Below, piece by piece: positions 6,701-14,104 of a stretch of 32,000 nt of DNA (the first letter of the stretch is position 1; each line of letters starts with the position of its first letter). A program made the position numbers and the translations under genes. The stretch comes from Candidatus Electrothrix yaqonensis. GTDB lineage: Bacteria > Desulfobacterota > Desulfobulbia > Desulfobulbales > Desulfobulbaceae. The notes below the pieces were generated by a model. The model saw only the letters and a program-made list of their open reading frames with translations. It made no database searches and had not been told where the DNA came from. The stretch is taken from positions 3,000,001 to 3,032,000 of the forward strand of contig CP178758.1 in NCBI GenBank assembly GCA_047651235.1, read 5' to 3'.

Positions 6701-9139
6701 AATCCGCTCATAGCCCCATTCCCCGTTTTTTCTGAACCACTGGTAATCAATGTCCTCGCGCACGAGCCGGTACTGCAGGGTGCCCTCCGGTCGGGGCTGG
6801 CCTTTGCTGTTCAGGGAAATAACGGAAAATGCAGCCCGGCTGTCCGCCGGAACCGGCTGATCCGTAAACTCCGGTTTCACGCCGAGGTATTCCGGGAGAT
6901 GGCGCACCGGCAGGTTGGTGGCCCCAGAAACAGCTCTGCCGTCAATATCCAGGACATCGGCATACACTACAGCCTTGAGCGGCTGCAGCGTGCTGGTCTG
7001 CTGTCCCTCAAGTCCGACGGCCAGGATACTGTAGCCCTGATCATCCGTGGTGGTGCCGGGAAGATCAATCGTGGCGATTCCCGGTTCTTCGCCCTGCCGA
7101 CCGAAAAAGAAATCGGCAAAATCAGCAAAGGGGTGGGGATCATAGAGCAGGCGCATCCGGGCCTGAACATTGAGTCCTGCACCTGGAGAGCCATACAGGT
7201 AATCAGCCTGCACCTCGACTTCGGCCTTATTATCTTCAGGGGTGAGAACGCCGTCAGGTTCCAGGCGGACTTCCAGGCGCGGCGGCTTGAAGGATTTGAC
7301 CTTGAAGCTGACCTGGCCGACCGGTTTTTCCTCCACATCCACGTACAGGGCAGCAGTCCAGATGCCGGAGCGGGCTGAGCCGGGCAGACTAATCCGATCC
7401 ATATAGGCACCGGAGGGGCCACGCCGGAGCAGCCGTTCAAACATAACCTTGGCGTCAGGCCCGTTGACCCGCAGGGTCAGGGGCGGGGCATCGGTTGCCC
7501 GGCCCAGCTGGTCCCGGATCAGCCCGACCAGATTGACGGATTCACCGGGCCGATAAATACCGCGCTCCGTGTAGACAAAAGCATCAATGGGGCCAGGGGC
7601 TGCACGTCCGGCCACGCCCCGGTCGCTGAGATCAAAAGGGGCCTGTTCAAGCTGGAAAAAGGTAAAGCCGTGTTCCTTGTCCGCAGCAACCAGCTGGACG
7701 GCAGCCTGTCCGCCTTTGCCCAGGAGCAGACCGGGAGCAAAGCGGACTTGGCCGTTTTCATCTGTAGTCAGCCGGGCAAGCGGACTGTTATTGCGGGCAT
7801 AGAGGATAATCTTCAGGCTGCTCAGGGGAAGGCCGGTGTGCAGGCTGCGGGCGATCACGGTCAGGCCGTCAAGGCCCTGATAGCTGGTCAGGCCGATATC
7901 GGTTTTGACCAGCCACTGGCTGGCCTGCCCCTCCCAGCGTTTCGGAGTGCTGCTGCCGTCCTCGGCCACCAGGACATACAACCCCGATGCAGCAAGGGCC
8001 TCTTCCGGCAGGACCACCGAGCTGGTTACATTTTCATCCGGCACCGAAGGGATCTCCGCCGTGCCTTCCCAGACCTGCTCGCCTACTTGCCTCCTGATCT
8101 TGTTCAGATCGTACTGATCCAGTTTATGGCGGAACTGACGGCGGACAAAATCACCGAGAATATTCCGTTCGTGGATGCGGAACAGGCGGCAGTGCACCTT
8201 GTCCACATTCACCGTGTACAGACCAATGGCCTGACTGCCCTGATCCGCCAGGATGTAGTCGTTCCGGTTAAACCGGAGCGCTGCCGGGCTGCGGCCGGTC
8301 TCAATGGTGAACGATGCGGCCTCATCCAGGACTTTGTTTTTCCCCTTCAGGCCCATGCGCAGGGTGACGTTGTAGGTGGTGCTGAAGGCTGCCCCGCCGA
8401 TGCACAGTTTTCTGTCCTCTACGGAAAAATCCGATTTCAGGGCCGGGCTGATCCGGACATAGCCATTGTAATGGACAGCATCCGGGCTGCGCAGTTCATC
8501 ATTGAACTGAATGCAGAGTTCCGGATGCCCGCTGTCCGTGTCGGCAAAGGATTTCTGCACCTTCAGCATGCGGTCTTCCGCCTGTTTGCGGCGCAGTTGT
8601 GCAAGCCGGTTCCCGCTGTCCGCCATGCCGCCGAGTTCTTCCAGCTGCTCATACACTGCTATTGCTGCAGGCGTCCAGTTGGCGTAAACGGTTGTCCGTT
8701 TTTCCAGGGCCATGCCGGTGAGCAACAGGGCCTCCTTCCTGGTTTCCTTGTCCTTGCCGGTCTGATAGGCCCGCCAACCGCTCCAGCTTGTCTCCTCCCA
8801 TTCTTCTTCGCAGGCAGCAGCCCGTGCCAGAGCAAGCCAGAACGCTCCGTCCGGCTGCAGGGTATATCGGGCTGCCTGTTTGTACAGGTGCATAATGCCG
8901 GAGCATTGGTCTGCGGCAACCATGATTGCACCGGCCTGTTCGAGAATTTCAGCCTGTTCAGGGTTGGCCTGGTTTGCCGAGGTTGCTGTCCTGTAGCCGG
9001 TTATGAATTTCCTGGTTTCTCTTTTCAGATCTGCAAGGCTGTGGTCTTCAGCTGCGGCCGGTGAGGCACCGGAAAATATGAATGCCAGAAGAACAGTGCA
9101 GAGAAGAAAAAACGGAAGGAGGGAGTGTTTCGTTTTCAT
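3758..9139 (-). CDS. Bacterial alpha-2-macroglobulin family protein with an intact thioester motif
   Basis: Very long ORF. The thioester signature is RYPYGCLEQLTSR (CLEQ encoded at 5273-5284). MG-domain-like beta-rich repeats run throughout. The start is placed at MKTKHSLLPFFLLCTVLLAFIFSGASPAAAED (signal peptide, ATG at 9139), not at 9217. Confidence 0.93.
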   Translation of the reverse strand: MKTKHSLLPFFLLCTVLLAFIFSGASPAAAEDHSLADLKRETRKFITGYRTATSANQANPEQAEILEQAGAIMVAADQCSGIMHLYKQAARYTLQPDGAFWLALARAAACEEEWEETSWSGWRAYQTGKDKETRKEALLLTGMALEKRTTVYANWTPAAIAVYEQLEELGGMADSGNRLAQLRRKQAEDRMLKVQKSFADTDSGHPELCIQFNDELRSPDAVHYNGYVRISPALKSDFSVEDRKLCIGGAAFSTTYNVTLRMGLKGKNKVLDEAASFTIETGRSPAALRFNRNDYILADQGSQAIGLYTVNVDKVHCRLFRIHERNILGDFVRRQFRHKLDQYDLNKIRRQVGEQVWEGTAEIPSVPDENVTSSVVLPEEALAASGLYVLVAEDGSSTPKRWEGQASQWLVKTDIGLTSYQGLDGLTVIARSLHTGLPLSSLKIILYARNNSPLARLTTDENGQVRFAPGLLLGKGGQAAVQLVAADKEHGFTFFQLEQAPFDLSDRGVAGRAAPGPIDAFVYTERGIYRPGESVNLVGLIRDQLGRATDAPPLTLRVNGPDAKVMFERLLRRGPSGAYMDRISLPGSARSGIWTAALYVDVEEKPVGQVSFKVKSFKPPRLEVRLEPDGVLTPEDNKAEVEVQADYLYGSPGAGLNVQARMRLLYDPHPFADFADFFFGRQGEEPGIATIDLPGTTTDDQGYSILAVGLEGQQTSTLQPLKAVVYADVLDIDGRAVSGATNLPVRHLPEYLGVKPEFTDQPVPADSRAAFSVISLNSKGQPRPEGTLQYRLVREDIDYQWFRKNGEWGYERIVRDNEELRDKLTWQQAGPLALALPVGRGNYRLELFREDDTLMTLFRFTAGEQLVGMSDTPDAVRVELDKQQYQVGETARLSITSPYPGRASLVLANSQIHGISNFPLVDDGQTVEIPVEADWGAGVYALVTVYQPGANRAVGLVWLNVDPAEQRLGVEIKTPEQIRPRQTLQVPVAMSGAAAGEDVRLTLAAVDEGVLQLTNFVSPDPLAWFFNKQQLGLEIRDLYGQLIIPPDSKPLVFRTGADEDSLRGAPESNVRIVSLFSGAVQVGKDGIATVPLEIPDFNGRLRLMAVAWSKEKLGSASRALRVNDPVVLSPSLPRYLAQGDQSGIQLLVENIDGPAGAYQITWKADGAVALQEKNQMTVQLEPGKRKNLHFPVQATGIGKGNLHLEVTGPEGYSYSGDFPLNTRGKYLPVLSREYRRVDPGEILTLDKQTISGLFPETAKVNLSISSAPNLDVAGLLAELDRYPYGCLEQLTSRAMPLLYANELAERFAYPADKELPGRVQEAIDLILQKQRGDGSFSLWSEYGEAEPWLSAYALDFLTRAREKGYAVSDYFYSKGMQWLTDQVKNSNSPEKGQLPALAHAHWVLARAGQGRHEDARYLFDTWFQQMTSPLAQAHIAGALALFGDRNRAVKGLQTALESAQTESVFSWQNYGSRLRDLAAVISIIADAKIVQADPAPAWQELTRLVGKDQYLSTQEQTWLIMAAMTLDKGSPLDLDIAGDPVGENVEEKPKKKPEKKKASLLDRFMAALHLGNGSSAAPADQGKRGRKKKTASSEKDTAFFALQREGTDLLTNPVDVKNKGTAAVWAVITVQGSPVNEPPPLENAFTVQRQWYSIGGDPLPADQATQGDMIVVTLEGEVERGKDFQALLVDLLPAGFEIEKTIEQGDNAFTWLDDLTATRYMDARDDRFVAAFATDQLPKVNRSSKLNRFRAAYLVRAVTPGTYTLPPVEVEAMYKPEYRARTGAGKVTVSRTE

Positions 9140-9232
9140 GGGCGTATCCTGCAGAAAATGTACTGCCCGGAGAGCAGTGTAACGGGAGAGTAACTGGCTG
9201 TCGCAATGTAAAAACACGGTACAGAAAGAAAG

Positions 9233-9278
9233 TCAACAGAAAAGAAAAGTTAGAGGCACAGCGCGCCGTGCCTCTAAC
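9233..9278 (-). terminator. Rho-independent terminator (minus strand)
   Basis: Perfect 11-bp stem GTTAGAGGCAC / GTGCCTCTAAC (9249-9259 / 9268-9278) with an 8-nt loop. It is followed on the minus strand by TTTTCTTTTCTGTTG. Confidence 0.65.
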
Positions 9279-9393
9279 TCCGGCTTGTTCGGCTGCAGGC
9301 AAGTCGGAAACGTTGGCGGAAAGGCGGGTCGGGGAACGGACTACTGATCAATGATGCTCAACGGGCTGCCCTTCCGTACTTTATGGCAGGCCC

Positions 9394-9422
9394 AAAAGAG
9401 AAAAAGAGAGCATCTGCTCTCC
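9394..9422 (-). terminator. Candidate rho-independent terminator of the porin gene
   Basis: On the minus strand: GGAGAGC-AGAT-GCTCTCT followed by TTTTCTCTTTT, about 140 nt after the porin stop. The stem is only 6-7 bp. Confidence 0.4.
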
Positions 9423-9558
9423 TTGCTGCCTCCTCAACAGAAGACACTGATTGCGCTGCGCTGTAAAACGCTTTCCTGATGCGGTCTTCCCGGGCGCAGA
9501 GGGCCAAACCAAACCTCGCTGGTCTGACCGATCAGGAAATACCTCTCTCATCTATGTC

Positions 9559-10698
9559 TCAGAACTTAATCCGTGCCCCGGCCATTGCAAGGGCAATCGG
9601 CTCGTAATCCGCACTGGTGCTGTCATCAAGCTCGAAATTGCGGTAGGCTGCAAACAGCTCGGTGTTGTAATCGGACAGCTTCTGGACAAACTGGACGCCG
9701 TAAGCTGTACCTTCCTCTCCGGTGTCTTGATTCTCGATATTCTCGTACACCCCGTAATCAACCGACAGGGCCGTGGAACCGAGTGAAGAGACCTTGGCCT
9801 TATAGCCGATCTTGCCGTACATGAAAGTCGGATCATCACCGCCTGCAGGCATGTCATCCAGGTCGCGGGAACCACCGGCAAGGGTGAAGTTCAGGCCGGA
9901 ACCGAACAGCACGGACGCGGAGCCGTTGATCTGACTGTAGTCCTTGCCCTCACCGGGATCAACATAGGCAAGCGCTGCTTCCAGTTTTGCTTCTCCCATT
10001 TTTCCGGAATACAGCAGAGCCGCATCAGCCCGCTCTTTTTCCCCGGCAGACACGGCGACAGTGAACCCGCCGAATGACGGAGTATCGTAACGCAGCCGGT
10101 TCCGCCTGCTCAAGCCGTCCATCTGGTTAAAGACATCTCCGACCATAATACTGCCTTCTTCAGCGTCATCTTCTGCAGCAACGGTCGCAGCGGCATCGTA
10201 AAATGCAAAACCGCCGCCGACATCGGCAACACCGGAGTTGCCGGTCAGAGCCGTACCGGAAAGATCGATCTCGGAGGTATCATCGGAAGCCATGTCGCCC
10301 CGCCCCACGTAGAGTCTGCCGAGTCCCCCATCAAAATACACTTCCATCTTGCGCTCTTTCAGCTCGCTGGAAATGCTCTCCTCGTCCATAGACACCTTAT
10401 CCGAGGGGTTCGCCTGCCACTGCACTTCGACATTGCCGCCGATGGTCAGGCTCTCGGACGCGGAAACTTTGGCCTTGAGTCCAACCCGGCTTTCCGAGTT
10501 GGTGTTGTCCGCATGAAAGAGCTTGCTGTCATCACCGTCATCAGCTACCATTACTGCCCGGTCGATGTGCCCGTACAGTTTCAGACCAACCTTGTCGTTT
10601 CCTGATTTGATCTCCAGTGCCGAGACTGCAGCAGCACTGCCGAGAAGCACCGCTCCGGTTGTCAGGGCAAGTACACCGGTTGAATAACACTTCTTCAT
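9559..10698 (-). CDS. Outer-membrane porin (Gram-negative porin superfamily)
   Basis: Signal peptide MKKCYSTGVLALTTGAVLLGSAAAVSA. Alternating beta-strand pattern that is Gly/Asp/Ser-rich, and a C-terminal ...AMAGARIKF ending in Phe. A GAGAGGAAG RBS lies before the ATG at 10698. Confidence 0.8.
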   Translation of the reverse strand: MKKCYSTGVLALTTGAVLLGSAAAVSALEIKSGNDKVGLKLYGHIDRAVMVADDGDDSKLFHADNTNSESRVGLKAKVSASESLTIGGNVEVQWQANPSDKVSMDEESISSELKERKMEVYFDGGLGRLYVGRGDMASDDTSEIDLSGTALTGNSGVADVGGGFAFYDAAATVAAEDDAEEGSIMVGDVFNQMDGLSRRNRLRYDTPSFGGFTVAVSAGEKERADAALLYSGKMGEAKLEAALAYVDPGEGKDYSQINGSASVLFGSGLNFTLAGGSRDLDDMPAGGDDPTFMYGKIGYKAKVSSLGSTALSVDYGVYENIENQDTGEEGTAYGVQFVQKLSDYNTELFAAYRNFELDDSTSADYEPIALAMAGARIKF

Positions 10699-10855
10699 CT
10701 TCTTCCTCTCTTCTTGTTTATGCAATGATTTATTTGCAGAACAGTCAGTTGTTGATATATAGACAGACGTGCTTCTACCTGAGTGTTCAACACAATTCCA
10801 CTAAAAAACAGAATTGTTAGAAGCGTATTAAGAAACCGGTAAATTTATGTTAAAC

Positions 10856-10871
10856 TGGCTGCTTCAGTGCT
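10856..10871 (+). promoter_or_regulatory. Speculative sigma-54 (-24/-12) type promoter
   Basis: TGGCtgcttcagTGCt has the GG-N10-GC spacing of TGGCACG-N4-TTGC. It lies about 230 nt upstream of the lipoprotein gene at 11099. This is a pattern match only. Confidence 0.2.
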
Positions 10872-11098
10872 GTTCAAAAAGTCCGTCGGTTTCCCCCGTT
10901 GTTCTTTACATGGCGGGAAAGTGATGGGTACTGAAAGCGTAACAGGAGGGTTGCGTTTTTCAGTTGACTTTTATATCGGTACTGTGTTCTTAAACAGAGC
11001 ATAATGAATCCCATAACAAATACCGTAAAAATCGGAACTGCGGAACTTTCTAAAAAGATCAGATAAATTTTTTTAAAGAAATATCAAGGAGAAGGAAG

Positions 11099-11683
11099 AT
11101 GAACAGCAGAAAAAACTACATGCCTGCGGTACGGAACGGAGTAATTTGTGCAGTTGTGCTGGCAGGCCTGACAGGCTGCGGTGTCAAAAGAGTGGTCATG
11201 TCTGAAAATGACCTGACTGCACCGGCCATCCATTGGGATATCCTGCATCAGGACAGCGGAGAGCACGAGATAATCAGCGGAGAGAATGAACAGACAGCTG
11301 TTCAGGAGGCCAAAGTCTATCCGATGTTCTGCAGGGCTGATGATCCTGAGGGGGTCAAGAGGGTAGAGATGAAAATCACAGCAAAATTATTCTGTCAGAG
11401 AAATACAGCGGATCCCTCTTCAGCGGATTATTATCGACATAAAGATAAAGTCCATACAGTTGTTCTGGAAAAAGGATATGAGGCGGATGAGAAGAAAACA
11501 GTTCCGGTCTCAGGTTTTGTGACCACAGACCTTAATGGAGACAACTGGAAGGGAATAGATTGTCTGCAGGGATATACCTCAAGCACAGTACAGAACTATA
11601 CCATGACGTGTACGGCTTGGAACTGGTCGGACCAGTCAGCAACCCGGTCATTAGAGGTGAAAAATTCTGCTGTTTTTGAGTAA
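11099..11683 (+). CDS. Hypothetical lipoprotein
   Basis: The lipobox VLAGLTGC follows a basic N-terminus. A strong AAGGAGAAGGAAG RBS is present. No recognisable domain. It lies 18 nt upstream of the DUF362 gene. Confidence 0.7.
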   Translation: MNSRKNYMPAVRNGVICAVVLAGLTGCGVKRVVMSENDLTAPAIHWDILHQDSGEHEIISGENEQTAVQEAKVYPMFCRADDPEGVKRVEMKITAKLFCQRNTADPSSADYYRHKDKVHTVVLEKGYEADEKKTVPVSGFVTTDLNGDNWKGIDCLQGYTSSTVQNYTMTCTAWNWSDQSATRSLEVKNSAVFE

Positions 11684-11701
11684 CTTCGGTGCCCTGAACA
11701 G

Positions 11702-12700
11702 ATGAGCGGGAACGGCCCGGAGCATCAGAAAACAGATCATGCTCCGGGAACCCGGAGCGGCGTCACGGTCGCGCTCACAGCCTGTTCCGACTATGAACCT
11801 CCTGTTCTCTTCAGGGCGCTTGAGCAGGTGCTGCAGGTCACAGAGCTGCCGGTCAGCCTGTACAACGCCAAAGTGCTTCTGAAGCCGAATCTGGTCAGCG
11901 CCAAATCCGGCCCTCTTTCCCGCACAGAAGGCGCATTGATCCTGGCGGTCGCCCAATGGTTCCTGGATCACGGGGCACAGCTCAGCATCGGAGATTCACC
12001 GGCCTTCGGCACGGCCTCTGTCGTCCTGAAAAAGCTCAATCTGACTGATGAGCTGACCGTACTCGGTGTGCAGGTACAGGATTTTACCCGAGCCGTCCAG
12101 GTTGATTTGCCTGGAGGCGCTCATGCCATGCTTGCCCGGACAGCTTTGGAATGCGACCTGCTGGTGAACCTGCCCAGAGTCAAGGCCCATGCCCAAACCC
12201 GGCTCACCTTGGCCGTGAAGAATCTTTTCGGTTGTCTTGTCGGGTTGCGTAAGGCATGGTGGCATATGGTGCACGGAGGGGGCAGGCACAGCACCGAAAA
12301 AGGGGCCGGGTTCTTCGACCGGATTGTTTGCATCCCGGCTGTTCTGCCGCCTTGTCTGAGTATTGTTGACGGCATCGTTGCCATGCACAAAACCGGGCCG
12401 GTCCACGGCAGCCCGTATCCGCTGGCCACTCTTGCCGCTTCGATCAACCCTGTGGCTGCAGACCGGGCCCTGCACGAAATTTTAGGGGTGCAGCCGGAAC
12501 ACAGCCCGGTAATGGCCGCCTGTCAGCGGGCCGCCCTGCCCGGAGCAGAGCTGTTGCAGCTTGCGTTTCCGCTCTCCGCGCCTGAAGAACTCCGGGTTCA
12601 TGATTTTCAGGTGCTTGACGAACTGCATCCTGTCCGCTTTAACCCTTTTCAGTTTTTGAAAAGCAGCATTCAACGGGCTTTTATGCATACTTTCAGATAA
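11702..12700 (+). CDS. DUF362 domain-containing protein
   Basis: 332 aa. By recall, the pattern VLLKPNLVSA...GDSPAFG...LPRVKAHAQTRLTLAVKNLFGC...IVDGIVAMHKTGPVHG is characteristic of DUF362. Confidence 0.75.
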   Translation: MSGNGPEHQKTDHAPGTRSGVTVALTACSDYEPPVLFRALEQVLQVTELPVSLYNAKVLLKPNLVSAKSGPLSRTEGALILAVAQWFLDHGAQLSIGDSPAFGTASVVLKKLNLTDELTVLGVQVQDFTRAVQVDLPGGAHAMLARTALECDLLVNLPRVKAHAQTRLTLAVKNLFGCLVGLRKAWWHMVHGGGRHSTEKGAGFFDRIVCIPAVLPPCLSIVDGIVAMHKTGPVHGSPYPLATLAASINPVAADRALHEILGVQPEHSPVMAACQRAALPGAELLQLAFPLSAPEELRVHDFQVLDELHPVRFNPFQFLKSSIQRAFMHTFR

Positions 12701-12766
12701 AATATCCCAGAACACTCCATAGCTCCCCAGGTAGTCAGACCTTTCATTCTGCCACTGAATTTTGCT

Positions 12767-13837
12767 GTGAATATACGCCGTCAGCAGGAAGAACAAGAAA
12801 AACATATTCTCTCGCCGCATGCCTGCTGCAGCAGCGAGTCGCGGGGGCGGCGCCGTGACGAGCCGCAGTGTGACCTGCGGACAGTTTTTCAGCGGGACCG
12901 GGACCGGATTATTCATTCCAAAACCTTCCGCCGCCTGAAGCATAAAACCCAGGTTTTCCTTGCTCCGGCCGGTGACCATTACCGCACCCGCCTGACCCAC
13001 GTTCTTGAAGTATCCCAGATAGCCAGAACCATCGCAGCCTGCCTGCGGCTCAACGAATATCTGGCCGAAGCCATTGCCCTGGGGCATGACCTTGGGCATA
13101 CGCCGTTCGGCCACGCAGGTGAATATTGCCTTAACAGGCTGCATCCCGGTGGATTCAGGCATTATATCCAGAGCCTGCGGGTGGTTGATTGTATCGAGGG
13201 AGACGGAAAAGGGTTAAATCTGACCTGGGAGGTACGGAACGGAATTGTCAAGCACTCCAAGGGATATAGAGACATTCTGCCGGAAAACAGCAAAGATATT
13301 CCTGCCACCCTGGAGGGTCAGGCAGTACGGGTGGCGGATATCATCGCCTATCTCAATCATGATATGGATGATGCTTTACGGGCCGGAATGATCCGAGAAA
13401 TAGACCTGCCGGAGCATCTGCGCAGGGTGGTGGGAAATAAGCCGTCCCGGCGGATTGATACAATGGTCCGTGATCTGGTCACAGAGAGTCTGCAGCATAA
13501 CGACGGACGCCTCCGCCTGAGTCCGATGATGCAGGAGGTGATCACTGACCTGCGCGGCTTTCTGTATGAAAACGTGTACCGCAATCAACGGGTGCATAAT
13601 GAATTCGAGAAGGCGCAGCATGTTATCCAGTCCCTGTACGGTTTTTTATTGGAACATGAATTCCCTGACAGCACGGGCCGTTCTTTTGTCAGGCGTCCGT
13701 CTCCCCCGATAAGGAGCGCACAGGAAAACAAACAGCTTCACCGGGTTGTCTGCGATTTTATCGCCGGGATGACCGACCGCTATGCCCTGGATCTGTACCG
13801 CCAGATTTTTATGCCCAGACCGTGGTCAGTGCTGTAA
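12767..13837 (+). CDS. dgt: dGTPase-like deoxynucleoside triphosphate triphosphohydrolase (HD domain)
   Basis: Motifs [54 protein letters not shown] and C-terminal [17 protein letters not shown] start at 12767. Confidence 0.9.
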   Translation: MNIRRQQEEQEKHILSPHACCSSESRGRRRDEPQCDLRTVFQRDRDRIIHSKTFRRLKHKTQVFLAPAGDHYRTRLTHVLEVSQIARTIAACLRLNEYLAEAIALGHDLGHTPFGHAGEYCLNRLHPGGFRHYIQSLRVVDCIEGDGKGLNLTWEVRNGIVKHSKGYRDILPENSKDIPATLEGQAVRVADIIAYLNHDMDDALRAGMIREIDLPEHLRRVVGNKPSRRIDTMVRDLVTESLQHNDGRLRLSPMMQEVITDLRGFLYENVYRNQRVHNEFEKAQHVIQSLYGFLLEHEFPDSTGRSFVRRPSPPIRSAQENKQLHRVVCDFIAGMTDRYALDLYRQIFMPRPWSVL

Positions 13838-14104
13838 TCAATTCAGATAAAGCGGTTTTTGAAACGACTTCCGATCTTTCAAGATAAAAAGCGGTTTTAA
13901 AAACCTCCGTTTCAGAATAGAGTCCTCTTCTCAATCCTCTGAATCAGAGAGGGAAGGGGGAAATTGAAGCTTCAGGACGGACAGGTATATTCAAGCAAAG
14001 GAGTAATGCTATGTTTTAGACAGGATAACCGGTTAAGTTCTGCGAGTTTTTTTCTGTCTTTTTTCAGAGAGGAAAGTTGTTTTTATAAAAAAAATGGGAG
14101 CGAA

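Noticed and set aside
7670-9064. A 464-aa ORF on the plus strand, plus other long plus-strand ORFs (4838-5632, 6401-7378) inside the A2M locus
   Set aside because: They are antisense to a 1.8-kaa gene with clear family motifs. Their translations are low-complexity and rich in Arg, Ala, Gly and Pro, typical of the reverse frame of GC-rich coding DNA. No RBS or domain signal is present.
9140-9217. N-terminal extensions offered by the ORF track for A2M (to 9217), the porin (to 10725), the CAP protein (to 3004), prmA (to 18163), the FG-GAP protein (from 13964), thiE (from 25232) and the membrane protein (to 31821)
   Set aside because: In each case an internal Met gives a canonical signal peptide or family N-terminus and usually a better RBS. 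The extensions are Cys/Arg-rich or overlap neighbouring genes.
12767-13837. The dGTPase-like gene as an anti-phage dNTP-depletion defence gene
   Set aside because: Its size and motifs match the widespread housekeeping dGTPase-like family. It sits in a GC-normal, core-looking context (lipoprotein, DUF362) with no mobile or defence neighbours.
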